DNA from: Desulfomicrobium sp.
GTDB taxonomy: Bacteria > Desulfobacterota > Desulfovibrionia > Desulfovibrionales > Desulfomicrobiaceae
Direction: 5' to 3'
Assembly (NCBI GenBank): GCA_040768745.1
Contig: JAXGMI010000001.1
Location: forward strand, 1,312,001-1,376,000
Length of the DNA stretch: 64,000 nucleotides
In this document: positions 1-11,020 of the stretch, one piece after another
Layout: every line of letters starts with the position of its first letter
Position numbering within the stretch: the stretch's first letter is position 1
The notes under the pieces: model-generated
What the model was told of the DNA's origin: nothing
Database searches by the model: none
The model's input: the letters and a program-made list of their open reading frames with translations, nothing else
Program-made: the position numbers and the translations under genes

Positions 1-2
1 CC

Positions 3-89
3 CTGGTCCTGACCCGCTACCACGGGATGACCCTGCGGCATCGGGTCGAGGCAGCCCTGGTCCGGATGCAGGAGAAGACCTTGCAATGA
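3..89 (+). CDS. 3' fragment of a gene, probably cytochrome c biogenesis CcmC (partial)
   Basis: Frame 3 reads LVLTRYHGMTLRHRVEAALVRMQEKTLQ* with TGA at 87-89. It lies directly before a CcmD-like ORF. Identity is inferred from context only. Confidence 0.45.
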   Translation: MVLTRYHGMTLRHRVEAALVRMQEKTLQ

Positions 90-99
90 GAGGTGAGGC

Positions 100-231
100 A
101 TGAATTATCTGTTGATCGCCAATGTGTGTATTTGGCTGGGCGTGGGCGGCTACGTCCTCTTCCTGGCCCGGCAGCACAGCGCCCTTGAGCGCCGCGTGCG
201 GCAGCTGGAGATTCTCGATGGAGACAAGTAG
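100..231 (+). CDS. ccmD: CcmD-family small membrane protein (43 aa)
   Basis: Not in the ORF track. GAGGTGAGG RBS, then MNYLLIANVCIWLGVGGYVLFLARQHSALERRVRQLEILDGDK*: one TM helix plus a charged tail. Overlaps the start of the next gene. Confidence 0.75.
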   Translation: MNYLLIANVCIWLGVGGYVLFLARQHSALERRVRQLEILDGDK

Positions 232-802
232 CGCTTTCCCGCAGGCCCATCGGCAACGGGTCGTTGTTTTCGTATTTGCCTGCCTTGCGGCCCTGGTCTT
301 TGCCGGCGTGGTCTACAGGGTGGAAAATCCGTCCATCGTGCAGCATGAGGAGCGCCAGCAGATGCCCGCAAGCGGCGGGATGCAGGGCATGGGCGACATG
401 GCCGGGATTTCCGGCCTGATGAAGAAGCTGCAGGAGAATCCCGAGGACATGGAGGCCATGCGCTCCCTGGGCATGTCCTTCATGGAGATGCGGGCCTGGG
501 ACAAGGCCATGTCGTTTTGGGACATGATCCTGACCAGGGCCGGCAATGATGTCATGGCCCTGAACCAGAAGGGCTTCTGCCTCTTCGAACTGGAGCGCTA
601 TGCCGAGGCTGCCGAGCTGTTCGAGAAAATGCTGGGCATCGAATCCGGGAACCACCATGCCCATTTCAATCTGGGCATCATCTACAAATACTACCTGTCT
701 GACCCTGACAAGGCTGCGGCTCATTTCCAGGCCGTACTGGACGCCAGTCCCAACGATCCGGAGCTTATGGAAAGCACGCGGCGGGAGTTGGCTGGCAAAT
801 AG
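218..802 (+). CDS. Membrane-anchored TPR protein, CcmI/CycH-like
   Basis: N-terminal TM helix and TPR-like repeats (ALNQKGFCLFELERYAEA, AHFNLGIIYKYY). Follows ccmD. Start reassigned to ATG 218. Confidence 0.75.
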   Translation: METSSAFPQAHRQRVVVFVFACLAALVFAGVVYRVENPSIVQHEERQQMPASGGMQGMGDMAGISGLMKKLQENPEDMEAMRSLGMSFMEMRAWDKAMSFWDMILTRAGNDVMALNQKGFCLFELERYAEAAELFEKMLGIESGNHHAHFNLGIIYKYYLSDPDKAAAHFQAVLDASPNDPELMESTRRELAGK

Positions 803-816
803 CATGCCGTACCTGT

Positions 817-846
817 TTGACACCGCAAAGGTGCAAATGGTATGGA
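817..846 (+). promoter_or_regulatory. Candidate sigma70 promoter of liv operon
   Basis: TTGACA (817-822), 18-nt spacer, TATGGA (841-846) preceded by TGG. Confidence 0.45.
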
Positions 847-933
847 CCTCGATTCGTTTCCGCAAGCGCTCTGGCTGGTTCCGGGAGCCGCTGGTCGACA
901 CCCCCCCCTAACGTGAATATTGTGGAGGAACTG

Positions 934-2046
934 ATGAACCGTTTTTCTGGTCTTGTGGTTGCAGCGTGTCTGAGTTTGTTTTCCAGCGCTGCGTTTGGCG
1001 CCGATTCGATCAAGATCGGCGTGGCTGGCGCCCATACCGGTGACCTGGCTTCCTACGGCCTGCCCACGGTCAACGCGGCCAAGCTGGTGGCCAAGGACGT
1101 CAACGCCAAGGGCGGCATCGATGGCAAGCAGGTCGAGCTCCTGATCCAGGACGAGGAATGCAAGCCCGAGAAGGCCACCAATGCCGCCACCAAGCTGGTT
1201 TCCGACGGGGCTGTTGTCGTGCTCGGCCACATCTGTTCCGGGGCGACCAAGGCAGCCCTGCCCATTTACACTGAGGCCAAGATCGTGACCATGTCGCCTT
1301 CGGCCACGAATCCGGAATTGACCCAGAGCGGCCAGTACCCGACGTTCTTCCGTACCATCGCTGCGGACGATGCACAGGCCAAGCTGGGTGTGGAGTTCGC
1401 CATCGCCAAGCTCGGAGCCAAGAAGATCGCCGTGCTGCACGACAAGGGCGACTATGGCAAAGGGTACGCGGAATTCGCACAGAAGTTCATCAAGGAAGGC
1501 GGCAAAGCCGAAGTGGCCCTTTTTGAAGGCGTGACTCCCGGTGCGGTGGACTACTCCGCCGTGGTGCAGAAGATCCGGCAGTCAGGGGCCGACACGGTCA
1601 TGTTCGGGGGCTATCACCCCGAGGCTTCCAAGATTGTGGCCCAGCTGAAGAAGAAGAGGGTGGACGTGAAGTTCATCTCCGATGACGGCGTCAAGGACGA
1701 CACCTTCATCAAGGTCGCCGGCGCCGACGCCGAGGGCGTCTACGCTTCCGGTCCCCAGGATGTCAGCGGTCTGGAGCTGAACAAGAAGGCCCGCGCCGCC
1801 CACGTGGCCGAGTTCGGCGCCGAGCCGGGCGCGTTCTTCGACGCCGCCTATGCGGCCATGCTGGCCCTGGTCAACGCCATCGACAAGGCCGACTCCACAG
1901 ACTCGGTCAAGATCATGGCCGCCCTGCGCTCCGAAAAAGTGGACACCACCGTGGGTACGATCAAGTTTGACTCCCGCGGCGATGCCGAAGGCGTGGGCTT
2001 TTCCATGTACCAGGTCAAGGGTGGCAAATACATGGAATTGAAGTAG
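934..2046 (+). CDS. livK: Branched-chain amino acid ABC transporter substrate-binding protein
   Basis: GGAGG RBS, signal peptide, IKIGVAGAHTGDLASYG, GHICSGAT, FFRTIAADDAQ. Confidence 0.92.
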   Translation: MNRFSGLVVAACLSLFSSAAFGADSIKIGVAGAHTGDLASYGLPTVNAAKLVAKDVNAKGGIDGKQVELLIQDEECKPEKATNAATKLVSDGAVVVLGHICSGATKAALPIYTEAKIVTMSPSATNPELTQSGQYPTFFRTIAADDAQAKLGVEFAIAKLGAKKIAVLHDKGDYGKGYAEFAQKFIKEGGKAEVALFEGVTPGAVDYSAVVQKIRQSGADTVMFGGYHPEASKIVAQLKKKRVDVKFISDDGVKDDTFIKVAGADAEGVYASGPQDVSGLELNKKARAAHVAEFGAEPGAFFDAAYAAMLALVNAIDKADSTDSVKIMAALRSEKVDTTVGTIKFDSRGDAEGVGFSMYQVKGGKYMELK

Positions 2047-2072
2047 GAAGGCGCCGACATGTGATGCGTATC

Positions 2073-2105
2073 AACCGGGGGACGGGCTGGGCCTGTCCCC
2101 CGGTT
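2073..2105 (+). other. Intercistronic 15-bp stem-loop
   Basis: AACCGGGGGACGGGC-TGG-GCCTGTCCCCCGGTT, one G-U pair. Confidence 0.75.
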
Positions 2106-2155
2106 ATTTCAACGGACTGGTGGAACCGACAGCCGGCCGCAATGGACAACACAAT

Positions 2156-3064
2156 ATGGATTGGCAGTATTTTTCCGAGCTTTTTCTGGGCGGTCTGACC
2201 CGCGGGAGCATCTATGCCCTCATCGCCATCGGGTACACCATGGTCTACGGGATCATAGAGTTGATCAACTTCGCCCATGGTGAGGTCTACATGCTCGGCG
2301 CATTCGTGGGCCTCATCGTGGCTGGTGTGCTGGGGATCATGGGGTTTCCCGCCCCGGCCATCCTGGTCCTCGCGGCGGTGGTGGCCATCATCTATTGCGC
2401 CGGATATGGCTACACCATGGAAAAGATCGCCTACAAACCCCTGCGCGGGGCCGGGCGTCTTTCCCCCCTCATTTCGGCCATCGGAATGTCCCTGTTCCTC
2501 CAGAACTACATCATCCTGGCCCAGACCTCCGACTTTATGCCTTTTCCCCGCCTCATACCCGATTTCGCCTTTTTGGAGCCCGTGGCCCATGTTTTCGGGT
2601 CCTCTGATTTTGTCATCGTCGCCACCAGCGCCCTGTTCATGGCCGCGCTGACAGTCTTCATCAAGTACACCAAGATGGGCAAGGCCATGCGGGCCACGGC
2701 CCAGAACCGCAAGATGGCCATGCTCCTGGGCGTGGATGCGGACAGAGTCATTTCCATCACCTTCATCTTGGGGTCGTCTCTGGCAGCACTGGGCGGCGTG
2801 CTTATCGCGTCCCATGTGGGCATGGTCAATTTCGCCATCGGTTTTGTGGCCGGCATCAAGGCCTTCACCGCAGCGGTCCTGGGTGGTATAGGCTCCATCC
2901 CGGGGGCCATGCTGGGTGGACTTTTTCTCGGTCTGTCCGAAAGTTTTGCCACCGGATATATTTCCAGCGATTACGAAGACGTGTTTGCCTTCACCCTGCT
3001 GGTGGTCTTTTTGATTTTCCGCCCGTCGGGCATCATGGGCAAGGCCAAGGTCGAAAAGGTTTAA
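2156..3064 (+). CDS. livH: Branched-chain amino acid ABC permease
   Basis: GSIYALIAIGYTMVYGIIELINFAHGE and KAFTAAVLGGIGSIPGA motifs. Confidence 0.93.
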   Translation: MDWQYFSELFLGGLTRGSIYALIAIGYTMVYGIIELINFAHGEVYMLGAFVGLIVAGVLGIMGFPAPAILVLAAVVAIIYCAGYGYTMEKIAYKPLRGAGRLSPLISAIGMSLFLQNYIILAQTSDFMPFPRLIPDFAFLEPVAHVFGSSDFVIVATSALFMAALTVFIKYTKMGKAMRATAQNRKMAMLLGVDADRVISITFILGSSLAALGGVLIASHVGMVNFAIGFVAGIKAFTAAVLGGIGSIPGAMLGGLFLGLSESFATGYISSDYEDVFAFTLLVVFLIFRPSGIMGKAKVEKV

Positions 3065-3092
3065 GGCGTTTCAAACGCATCGGGATGCGACA

Positions 3093-4310
3093 ATGCAGGA
3101 ATTGAAAAAATCGGTGCTGGTCAGCCTCTGGTTCATGTTTCTGACCTTCCCCATCATGGTCGTCCGCGTGGTGGAGAAGTCCGTGGTCTTGCGCTGGGAA
3201 AATCTGGCCTGGATCGGGATCGGCAGCTTCGTGTTGTCCTTTGTCTGGCGCTGGGCCCTGCGCCGTAAGGAGATGGGCCGGGCCGCGAGCAGGGAGGGCG
3301 CAAATAATCCCGGCCTCATGGCGCAATTGGCAGGCGCCAACCCCGCGTTGGTCCGGGCAGGGTCAGCCCTGCTGCTGGTGGCGTTTGCGGTGATCCCCTG
3401 GCTGGTGACGACATACCAGACCAACATCCTTATTTCGTTCATGCTCTATGTTATTCTGGGCTTGGGGCTCAACGTTATCGTGGGCATAGCCGGGCTTCTT
3501 TTTCTGGGCCATGCGGCGTTTTATGCCATCGGGGCCTATTCGTACGCCCTGCTGAACCAGTATTTCGGCCTGGGCTTTTGGGTGGCCCTGCCCGTTGGCG
3601 GGATTGTCGCCTCCCTGGCCGGGGTGGCCCTGGCTTTTCCGGTTCTGCGTCTGCGGGGGGATTATCTGGCCATCGTGACCCTGGGGTTCGGGGAAATCGT
3701 GCGCCTCGTCCTGGAGAACTGGAGTTCACTGACCGGTGGACCATCCGGTGTTTCCAACATTCCCCGCCCCGGGCTGATGAACATGGAATTGTCCGTGGCC
3801 GGAGCGAACATCTACATCTACTACATCGTTTTCGTCCTGGCCGTGATCACCATTGTGGCCGTCTCCAGGCTCAAGGACTCCCGCATCGGCCGCGCCCTGC
3901 AGGCCCTCCGGGAGGACGAGATCGCCTGTGAGGCCATGGGCATCGACCGGGTCGGAGTGAAACTCATGGCCTTCGGCCTCGGCACGGCCTGGGCCGGCTT
4001 TGCCGGTGTGGTCTTCGCGGCCAAGACCACCTTCATCAATCCGGCCAGCTTCACGTTTTTCGAGTCCGCCATCATTCTATCCATCGTGGTCCTCGGGGGC
4101 ATGGGTTCCAATCTTGGCGTGATCATGGGCTCCGCCTTCCTCGTGCTGCTGCCCGAGTACATGCGGGCCTTTTCCGAGTACCGCATGATCCTGTTTGCCG
4201 CGGCCATGGTCCTGATGATGGTCTTCCGGCCAGAGGGTCTCATCCCTGCCACAGGACGCAGGTACGAGGTGAACGATCCCGAGTTGGCCGCCAGCGGGGA
4301 GGGGCGTTAG
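3093..4310 (+). CDS. livM: Branched-chain amino acid ABC permease
   Basis: LRLRGDYLAIVTLGFGEI and ALREDEIACEAMGI motifs. Confidence 0.93.
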   Translation: MQELKKSVLVSLWFMFLTFPIMVVRVVEKSVVLRWENLAWIGIGSFVLSFVWRWALRRKEMGRAASREGANNPGLMAQLAGANPALVRAGSALLLVAFAVIPWLVTTYQTNILISFMLYVILGLGLNVIVGIAGLLFLGHAAFYAIGAYSYALLNQYFGLGFWVALPVGGIVASLAGVALAFPVLRLRGDYLAIVTLGFGEIVRLVLENWSSLTGGPSGVSNIPRPGLMNMELSVAGANIYIYYIVFVLAVITIVAVSRLKDSRIGRALQALREDEIACEAMGIDRVGVKLMAFGLGTAWAGFAGVVFAAKTTFINPASFTFFESAIILSIVVLGGMGSNLGVIMGSAFLVLLPEYMRAFSEYRMILFAAAMVLMMVFRPEGLIPATGRRYEVNDPELAASGEGR

Positions 4311-5099
4311 ATGGGAGGGGTACTCGACGTTACGGCCGTGTCCATGAATTTCGGGGGACTGCGCGCGCTCAATGAAGTGGACATGCAGGTCAAATCCGGT
4401 GAAATCGTGGCCCTGATCGGCCCCAACGGGGCGGGCAAGACCACATTTTTCAACTGCATAACCAGCATCTATGCGCCCACTGAAGGCGAGGTCTGGTTCA
4501 CCCCCAAGCAGGGGGCCAGGACCCGGGTCAATGGGATGAAGCCCAATCTGGTCACGGCCCTGGGCATGGCCCGGACGTTTCAGAACATCCGTCTGTTCAA
4601 GAACATGAGCGTTCTGGAAAACGTGATGATCGCCCGGCATTGCCGGACCAGAGCCGGGATTTTGGGCGCCCTGTTCCGGCCTGCCGCAGTGCGGAAGGAG
4701 GAGCGGGAAATCGTCGAGCGCAGCTATGAATTGCTCAAGTACATCGGACTGCACAGGTCCTACAACGAACAGGCCTGCAACCTGCCGTACGGGGCCCAGC
4801 GCCGGCTGGAGATCGCCCGCGCCCTGGCCACGGACCCGACTCTTCTCCTGCTGGATGAACCAGCGGCAGGCATGAATCCCCAGGAGACCGAATCCCTCAA
4901 GCATCTTGTGCAGAAGATCCGCGACGAGATGGACATAGCCATCCTGCTCATCGAGCATGACATGAGCATGGTCATGAGTCTGTCCGAACGGATCTACGTC
5001 ATGGAATACGGCTGCCTGATCGCCCAGGGAACGCCGGCGGAAGTGAGCATGGATCCACGGGTCATCAAAGCCTATCTTGGGGAGGAAGCCCATGCTTGA
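4311..5099 (+). CDS. livG: Branched-chain amino acid ABC ATPase
   Basis: GPNGAGKTT, ARTFQNIRLF, LLLLDEPAAGMN. Confidence 0.93.
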   Translation: MGGVLDVTAVSMNFGGLRALNEVDMQVKSGEIVALIGPNGAGKTTFFNCITSIYAPTEGEVWFTPKQGARTRVNGMKPNLVTALGMARTFQNIRLFKNMSVLENVMIARHCRTRAGILGALFRPAAVRKEEREIVERSYELLKYIGLHRSYNEQACNLPYGAQRRLEIARALATDPTLLLLDEPAAGMNPQETESLKHLVQKIRDEMDIAILLIEHDMSMVMSLSERIYVMEYGCLIAQGTPAEVSMDPRVIKAYLGEEAHA

Positions 5100-5796
5100 A
5101 CTGCGTGGAGTCAGCACCTTCTACGGAAATATTCAGGCTCTGCACGAGATTTCCCTGATTATCCGCCAGGGGGAGATTGTGACCTTGATCGGGGCCAACG
5201 GAGCGGGCAAGAGCACGACGCTGATGTCCATCTGCGGGGGGACACCGCCGCGCAGTGGGCAGATTATCTTCGAGGGTCAGCCCATCGAGGCCATGCGCCC
5301 CGACAAGATCGTGCGCATGGGCATTTCGCAGGTCCCTGAAGGCCGCCTCATCTTTCCGGACATGACGGTCATGGAGAACCTGGACCTGGGCGCCTTCGTG
5401 CGCAATGACAAGCCGGGCATCCAGGAGGACCTGGACTACGTCTTCAACCTGTTCCCCATCCTGGCCGAACGCCGCAAGCAGATGGGCGGAACGCTGTCCG
5501 GCGGAGAGCAGCAGATGCTGGCCATTTCCCGGGCGCTCATGGCCCGACCCAGGTTGCTGTTGCTGGATGAACCATCCCTGGGACTGGCCCCCATCATCAT
5601 TGCCCAGATTTTTGACATCATCCGCAAGGTCAACGAGGGGGGCACTACGGTTTTTCTCGTGGAGCAGAATGCCAACCAGGCCTTGAAGATTGCGCACCGG
5701 GCCTATGTCATGGAAAACGGGCGGGTCACCCTGGAAGATTCGGCCCAGGCGCTTCTGGCGAACGAGGCAGTCAGAAAGGCCTATCTGGGCCTGTGA
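5092..5796 (+). CDS. livF: Branched-chain amino acid ABC ATPase
   Basis: [34 protein letters not shown] 5092 follows GGAGG. Confidence 0.93.
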   Translation: MLELRGVSTFYGNIQALHEISLIIRQGEIVTLIGANGAGKSTTLMSICGGTPPRSGQIIFEGQPIEAMRPDKIVRMGISQVPEGRLIFPDMTVMENLDLGAFVRNDKPGIQEDLDYVFNLFPILAERRKQMGGTLSGGEQQMLAISRALMARPRLLLLDEPSLGLAPIIIAQIFDIIRKVNEGGTTVFLVEQNANQALKIAHRAYVMENGRVTLEDSAQALLANEAVRKAYLGL

Positions 5797-5852
5797 GCCA
5801 AGGGCTACTGAACGGAATCAAACCATTTCCGCAACGCGGAAGAGGAAGAAAT

Positions 5853-7310
5853 ATGCAAAAGATACTCGGCAAGGCCCTCACCTTCGACGATGTCCTGCTT
5901 GTCCCGGCCTACTCGGAAGTGCTGCCGGATCAGGTCGTCCTGAACACGAAGTTGACCAACTCCATCGAATTGAACATCCCCTTTCTGAGTGCGGCCATGG
6001 ACACGGTCACGGAATCGCGTCTGGCCATCGCCCTGGCCCGGACCGGTGGGATCGGCATCGTGCACAAGAACATGTCCATCGAGCAGCAGGCCCTGGAGGT
6101 GGTCAAGGTCAAGAAGTCCGAATCCGGCATGATCGTCGATCCCATCACCGTCGCCCCTGACGACACGGTTGGCCATTGCCTGGAACTGATGCGCGACTAC
6201 CGCATATCAGGTCTGCCTGTGGTCCTGGGTGACCAGCTGGCAGGGATTGTCACCAATCGCGATGTGCGCTTTGTGACCGACCCCGCCGTCAAGGTCAGTG
6301 AGGTCATGACCAGCAAGAATCTGGTCACCGTTCCCGTGGGCATCTCCCTGGAAGACGCCAAGCGTCACCTGCACGACAACCGGATCGAAAAACTTCTGGT
6401 CGTGGACGAAGCCAACAAACTCAAAGGGCTCCTGACCATCAAGGACATTGACAAGGTCCGCAAGTATCCCAATGCTTGCAAGGATGACCTCGGACGGCTG
6501 CGGGTAGGTGCGGCCGTGGGTATCGGCAAGGGCAGGGCCGAGCGGGTCGAGGCCCTGGTCAAGGCCGGAGCGGACGTCATTGTTCTGGATTCGGCCCATG
6601 GCCATTCCAAAAACATCCTCAACGCCGTGGCCTCGACCAAGGCGGACTGGCCCGACATGCAACTCATCGCCGGCAACGTGGCCACGTACGAAGGGGCCAA
6701 GGCCCTGCTTTCGGCCGGAGCCGACGCCATCAAGGTCGGCATCGGGCCGGGCTCCATCTGCACGACGCGCATCGTGGCCGGAGTCGGCGTACCGCAGGTC
6801 ACGGCGATCATGGAATGCGTGCGGGCCTGCCGTGAATACGACCGCTGCTGCATCGCCGACGGCGGGATCAAGTTTTCCGGTGACGTGGTCAAGGCCCTGG
6901 TGGCCGGGGCGAATACTGTCATGATGGGGTCCATGTTCGCCGGCACCGAGGAGAGCCCGGGTGAGAAGATTCTTTATCAGGGCCGGACCTACAAGATCTA
7001 CCGCGGCATGGGCTCCATCGACGCCATGCGGGACGGCAGCAGCGACCGTTACTTCCAGGAGGGCTCCACCAAGCTCGTTCCAGAGGGCATAGTGGGGCGG
7101 GTGCCCTACAAGGGCTCGGTCCTGGAAACCATTGATCAGCTCGTGGGCGGCCTGCGTTCCGGGATGGGCTATCTTGGTACGCAGGACATCCCTGCTCTGC
7201 AGGACAAGGCCCAGTTCGTGGAGATTTCCGCGGCCGGCTTGCGCGAAAGCCATGTGCACGACGTCATCATCACCAAGGAAGCCCCCAACTATCGGGTGGA
7301 CGCCTATTAA
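5853..7310 (+). CDS. guaB: IMP dehydrogenase
   Basis: [12 protein letters not shown] pair, catalytic [13 protein letters not shown]. Confidence 0.97.
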   Translation: MQKILGKALTFDDVLLVPAYSEVLPDQVVLNTKLTNSIELNIPFLSAAMDTVTESRLAIALARTGGIGIVHKNMSIEQQALEVVKVKKSESGMIVDPITVAPDDTVGHCLELMRDYRISGLPVVLGDQLAGIVTNRDVRFVTDPAVKVSEVMTSKNLVTVPVGISLEDAKRHLHDNRIEKLLVVDEANKLKGLLTIKDIDKVRKYPNACKDDLGRLRVGAAVGIGKGRAERVEALVKAGADVIVLDSAHGHSKNILNAVASTKADWPDMQLIAGNVATYEGAKALLSAGADAIKVGIGPGSICTTRIVAGVGVPQVTAIMECVRACREYDRCCIADGGIKFSGDVVKALVAGANTVMMGSMFAGTEESPGEKILYQGRTYKIYRGMGSIDAMRDGSSDRYFQEGSTKLVPEGIVGRVPYKGSVLETIDQLVGGLRSGMGYLGTQDIPALQDKAQFVEISAAGLRESHVHDVIITKEAPNYRVDAY

Positions 7311-7357
7311 AAGACAACGCAATACGGCCATCCGCATCTGCGGATGGGGGAAACATC

Positions 7358-8905
7358 ATGCTTATTCAGGAAAAGGTTGTCATTCTTGACTTCGGGTCCC
7401 AGTATACGCAGCTCATTGCCCGGCGCACGCGCGAATCCGGCGTGTATTCAGAAATCCATCCCTGCACCATTCCCACGGAGTCTCTGAAGGCCCTGCAGCC
7501 CAGCGCCATCATCCTGTCCGGTGGCCCGGCCTCGGTCACCAGCCCTGATTCCCCGGCCATTGACCCGGAAATTTTCAGCTGGGGGCTTCCTGTGCTGGGC
7601 ATCTGCTACGGCATGCAGCTCATGGCCCACCTGCTTGGCGGGAAGGTCGCACCTTCCCTGGACCGGGAATATGGTCGCAGCGAGCTGTCATTTGCCGCGC
7701 AATGTCCGCTGTGGACGGGCGTATCGGACAGAGGGTGTCTGACGGTGTGGATGTCCCACGGGGACCATGTTCTGGCCCCACCGCCAGGGTTCACCGTCAT
7801 GGCCAGAACCCAGAGCATCGAGATCGCGGCCATGGCCGACATGGACCGCAGGATGTACGCCTTGCAATTTCATCCCGAAGTGGCCCATACTGAAGAAGGC
7901 GACGAGATCCTGCGCAATTTTCTCTTCCAGGTGGCCGGGCTCAAGTCGTCCTGGACCATGTCTTCCTTTGTGGATTCCATGCTGCACTCCCTGCCGGCGC
8001 AGATCGGCGACGACAAGGTGGTCTGCGGGCTGTCCGGGGGCATCGACTCCACTGTCGTGGCCGTGCTGCTGAACAAGGCCATCGGCAAAAACCTGCATTG
8101 CATCTTTGTGGACAACGGGTTGCTCCGGGCCGGGGAAGGTGAGGAAGTCATCGGGTATCTGCGCCAGCACTTCGATCTGAACCTGCACTACATCAAGGCC
8201 CAGGACAGGTTTTTGTCCCGCCTGCAAGGACTGGAGGACCCGGAGCAGAAGCGCAAGGCCATCGGGTACACCTTCATAGAAGTTTTCGAGGAGGAGGCCA
8301 GGAAGATTTCGGGGGTGAAATATCTGGCCCAGGGCACCCTTTACCCTGATGTCATCGAGTCCGTCAGCTTCAAGGGGCCTTCGGCGGTCATCAAGAGTCA
8401 TCACAATGTCGGCGGTCTGCCGGAGAAAATGAATCTTGCCCTGGTGGAGCCTCTGCGGGAATTGTTCAAGGACGAGGTGCGCAAGGTGGCCCAGGAGCTG
8501 GGCCTGCCCGACTTCATCGTCTGGCGGCATCCCTTTCCTGGTCCCGGCCTGGCCATCCGCGTCATCGGCGAGATCACGGACGCCCGGCTGGAGATCCTGC
8601 GCCAGGCAGACAAGATCGTGCAGCACGAGCTCATGGCCTCGAACTGGTATTACAAGGTCTGGCAGGGCTTTGCCGTGCTTTTGCCGCTGAAGACCGTGGG
8701 CGTCATGGGCGACGAGCGGACCTACGAGCATGTCATCGCCCTGCGCATCGTCGACTCCATCGACGCCATGACCGCGGACTGGTCCCGCATCCCCACGGAG
8801 ATCCTCGGCCGCATCTCCAACCGGATCATCAATGAGGTCAAGGGGGTGAATCGCGTGGTCTACGATATTTCGTCCAAACCGCCGAGCACCATCGAGTGGG
8901 AATAG
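7358..8905 (+). CDS. guaA: GMP synthase (glutamine-hydrolysing)
   Basis: [36 protein letters not shown]. Confidence 0.97.
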   Translation: MLIQEKVVILDFGSQYTQLIARRTRESGVYSEIHPCTIPTESLKALQPSAIILSGGPASVTSPDSPAIDPEIFSWGLPVLGICYGMQLMAHLLGGKVAPSLDREYGRSELSFAAQCPLWTGVSDRGCLTVWMSHGDHVLAPPPGFTVMARTQSIEIAAMADMDRRMYALQFHPEVAHTEEGDEILRNFLFQVAGLKSSWTMSSFVDSMLHSLPAQIGDDKVVCGLSGGIDSTVVAVLLNKAIGKNLHCIFVDNGLLRAGEGEEVIGYLRQHFDLNLHYIKAQDRFLSRLQGLEDPEQKRKAIGYTFIEVFEEEARKISGVKYLAQGTLYPDVIESVSFKGPSAVIKSHHNVGGLPEKMNLALVEPLRELFKDEVRKVAQELGLPDFIVWRHPFPGPGLAIRVIGEITDARLEILRQADKIVQHELMASNWYYKVWQGFAVLLPLKTVGVMGDERTYEHVIALRIVDSIDAMTADWSRIPTEILGRISNRIINEVKGVNRVVYDISSKPPSTIEWE

Positions 8906-8938
8906 GGCTTGGATGGAACATTCTCGGGAGGTGATGCC

Positions 8939-9250
8939 ATGTTTGGAATAGGTTCGACAGAGCTGCTGGTCATCCTGGTGGTGGCCTTGATCATTCTGGG
9001 GCCGTCGAAGTTGCCAGAGATAGCCAAGTCTCTGGGCAAGGCCCTGGGTGAATTCCGTCGGGTCAGCACGGACGTGAAGCGGACCATAGAAATGGAGGCG
9101 GAACAGGCCGAGCAGAAGGCCAAGACGGAACAGACCAGGAAGGAACTCTTTCCCCAAGGCACGAATGTGGAAACCCCGCAGGACCAGACCGGAGCAACCA
9201 AAGCCAATGATCCAGCCCAGCCCGCGGCAGAGGACAGGGACAAGGCATGA
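8939..9250 (+). CDS. tatB: Twin-arginine translocase subunit TatB (TatA/B family)
   Basis: MFGIGSTELLVILVVALIILGPSKLPE. GGAGG RBS; ATGA overlap with tatC. Confidence 0.88.
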   Translation: MFGIGSTELLVILVVALIILGPSKLPEIAKSLGKALGEFRRVSTDVKRTIEMEAEQAEQKAKTEQTRKELFPQGTNVETPQDQTGATKANDPAQPAAEDRDKA

Positions 9251-10371
9251 GCGAGGAGCGGGATACCCCGCAGGATCCGGTACTCCCGCCAGAACAGGAA
9301 GCGGGACAGTCGGAATCCGAGACATGCTTGCCCCCTGACAATGCCAAGGCCGCACGTGAAGAGGAAAATGGCGAGGATACTGTTCTCCACCTGTCCGACT
9401 CAGCACATGACATCGCGGACGGAGAACAAGGAGACGAAGAAGCTGATCCCGCCCATGGCGATCTGAACGGGGAGCCCCCTGCGGACGAGGCTTTGGGCGG
9501 GGTTGAGCAGGGCACAGCGGATGAGCATTCTGTTCCCACCGCCCTGGAGCAGGCTGACGAGGCCTTTGCCGAGGAGCAGCGCATCGCTGCGAAGATGACC
9601 CCGCCGAACGCGGGCGGAAACGAGATGACCTTCACCGAGCATCTCGAAGAGCTGCGCAAGCGACTGACCCGCTGCCTCGTTGCCGCATTTGTGGGGCTTC
9701 TGGTCTGCTACGGATTCGCCGAGCAGCTTTTCCTGCAGCTGATGGCCCCCCTCATAGAACAGCTGGCTCCGTCCGGAGGGACCCTGATCTATACCGGTTT
9801 GCCCGAGGCCTTTTTCACCCATCTGAAGGTCGCGGCCATTGCCGGACTTTTCCTGGTCAGCCCCTACATCTTTTACCAGCTGTGGATGTTCATCGCGCCT
9901 GGCCTGTACGAGGGGGAACGCAAATGGATCGTCCCCATCGCCCTGTGTTCAGCCCTCTGCTTCGTGGCCGGCGCGCTGTTTGGCTACTTCATCGTCTTTC
10001 CCTTTGGGTTCCAGTTTTTCCTGGGCTATGCCACGGACTTCATCAAGCCCATGCCCTCGGTGAAGGAATATTTCGGCTTTGCCACAAGCATGCTTTTCGC
10101 CTTTGGGTTCATTTTCGAGTTGCCGCTGTTCATGTTGTTCCTGTCCGCCCTGGGGGTCGTGACCCACAAGACCCTGCGCAAGCACCGCAAGTATGCAATT
10201 TTAGCCAACTTCATCGTCGCGGCCATCCTGACTCCGCCAGACGTGGTCTCTCAGCTCTTGATGGCCGGGCCGCTTCTGTTGCTGTACGAGATCGGAATCT
10301 GGGTTTCCTATGTGTTCGGCAAGAGGCCCAAAGAACCTGAATCGGACGCCCAGTCCGCCACCCCCGCATAG
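9247..10371 (+). CDS. tatC: Twin-arginine translocase subunit TatC with long acidic N-terminal extension
   Basis: MTFTEHLEELRKRL, YQLWMFIAPGLY, AAILTPPDVVSQ. Confidence 0.93.
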   Translation: MSEERDTPQDPVLPPEQEAGQSESETCLPPDNAKAAREEENGEDTVLHLSDSAHDIADGEQGDEEADPAHGDLNGEPPADEALGGVEQGTADEHSVPTALEQADEAFAEEQRIAAKMTPPNAGGNEMTFTEHLEELRKRLTRCLVAAFVGLLVCYGFAEQLFLQLMAPLIEQLAPSGGTLIYTGLPEAFFTHLKVAAIAGLFLVSPYIFYQLWMFIAPGLYEGERKWIVPIALCSALCFVAGALFGYFIVFPFGFQFFLGYATDFIKPMPSVKEYFGFATSMLFAFGFIFELPLFMLFLSALGVVTHKTLRKHRKYAILANFIVAAILTPPDVVSQLLMAGPLLLLYEIGIWVSYVFGKRPKEPESDAQSATPA

Positions 10372-10414
10372 CTAGGCAGGACTGCTGGTTTGTTTTCTGT
10401 TCGAGGAGTATAAT

Positions 10415-11020
10415 ATGGATTTACGTATCGGCACCATGGAGCGCGAGACGCGCGAGACGCGCATCTCCGTCCGCATCAACCTGGATGGCGCAGGGACGAC
10501 CGACATACGAACCGGATTCGGCTTTGCCGATCACATGCTCGACCTGATGGGGCACTGGGCTGGGTTTGACCTGCGCGTGACCTGTGCGGGGGACATGCAC
10601 ATCGATGCCCACCACTCTCTGGAGGACGTGGGTTTGTGTCTGGGCAGCGCCTTGGTCGCGGCGCTGGGCGATCGCAGAGGCATTGCCCGGGTGGGCAGCG
10701 CCAGGGTGCCCATGGACGAGGCCCTGACCGAGGTCTGTCTGGATCTGTCAGGGAGGCCATACCTGGTCTACGAGGAGAGCCTGTTGCCGCCTGTCATTGC
10801 CGGACAGGAAAAGGATTTGTGGCGTGAGTTTCTCAAGTCCCTGGCCGTCAAGGGCGGAATGAACCTGCACGTGCGCATGCTCTACGGACAAAACGGGCAC
10901 CATTTGCTGGAATCCGTGTTCAAGGGACTCGGGCTGGCTCTGCGCCAGGCCGTCCGCATCGAACGCGAGGATGTGCTGAGCACCAAAGGAGGGCTGGACG
11001 CATGCGGTATCTGTTGTTGA
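10415..11020 (+). CDS. hisB: Imidazoleglycerol-phosphate dehydratase
   Basis: [30 protein letters not shown]. Confidence 0.95.
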   Translation: MDLRIGTMERETRETRISVRINLDGAGTTDIRTGFGFADHMLDLMGHWAGFDLRVTCAGDMHIDAHHSLEDVGLCLGSALVAALGDRRGIARVGSARVPMDEALTEVCLDLSGRPYLVYEESLLPPVIAGQEKDLWREFLKSLAVKGGMNLHVRMLYGQNGHHLLESVFKGLGLALRQAVRIEREDVLSTKGGLDACGICC

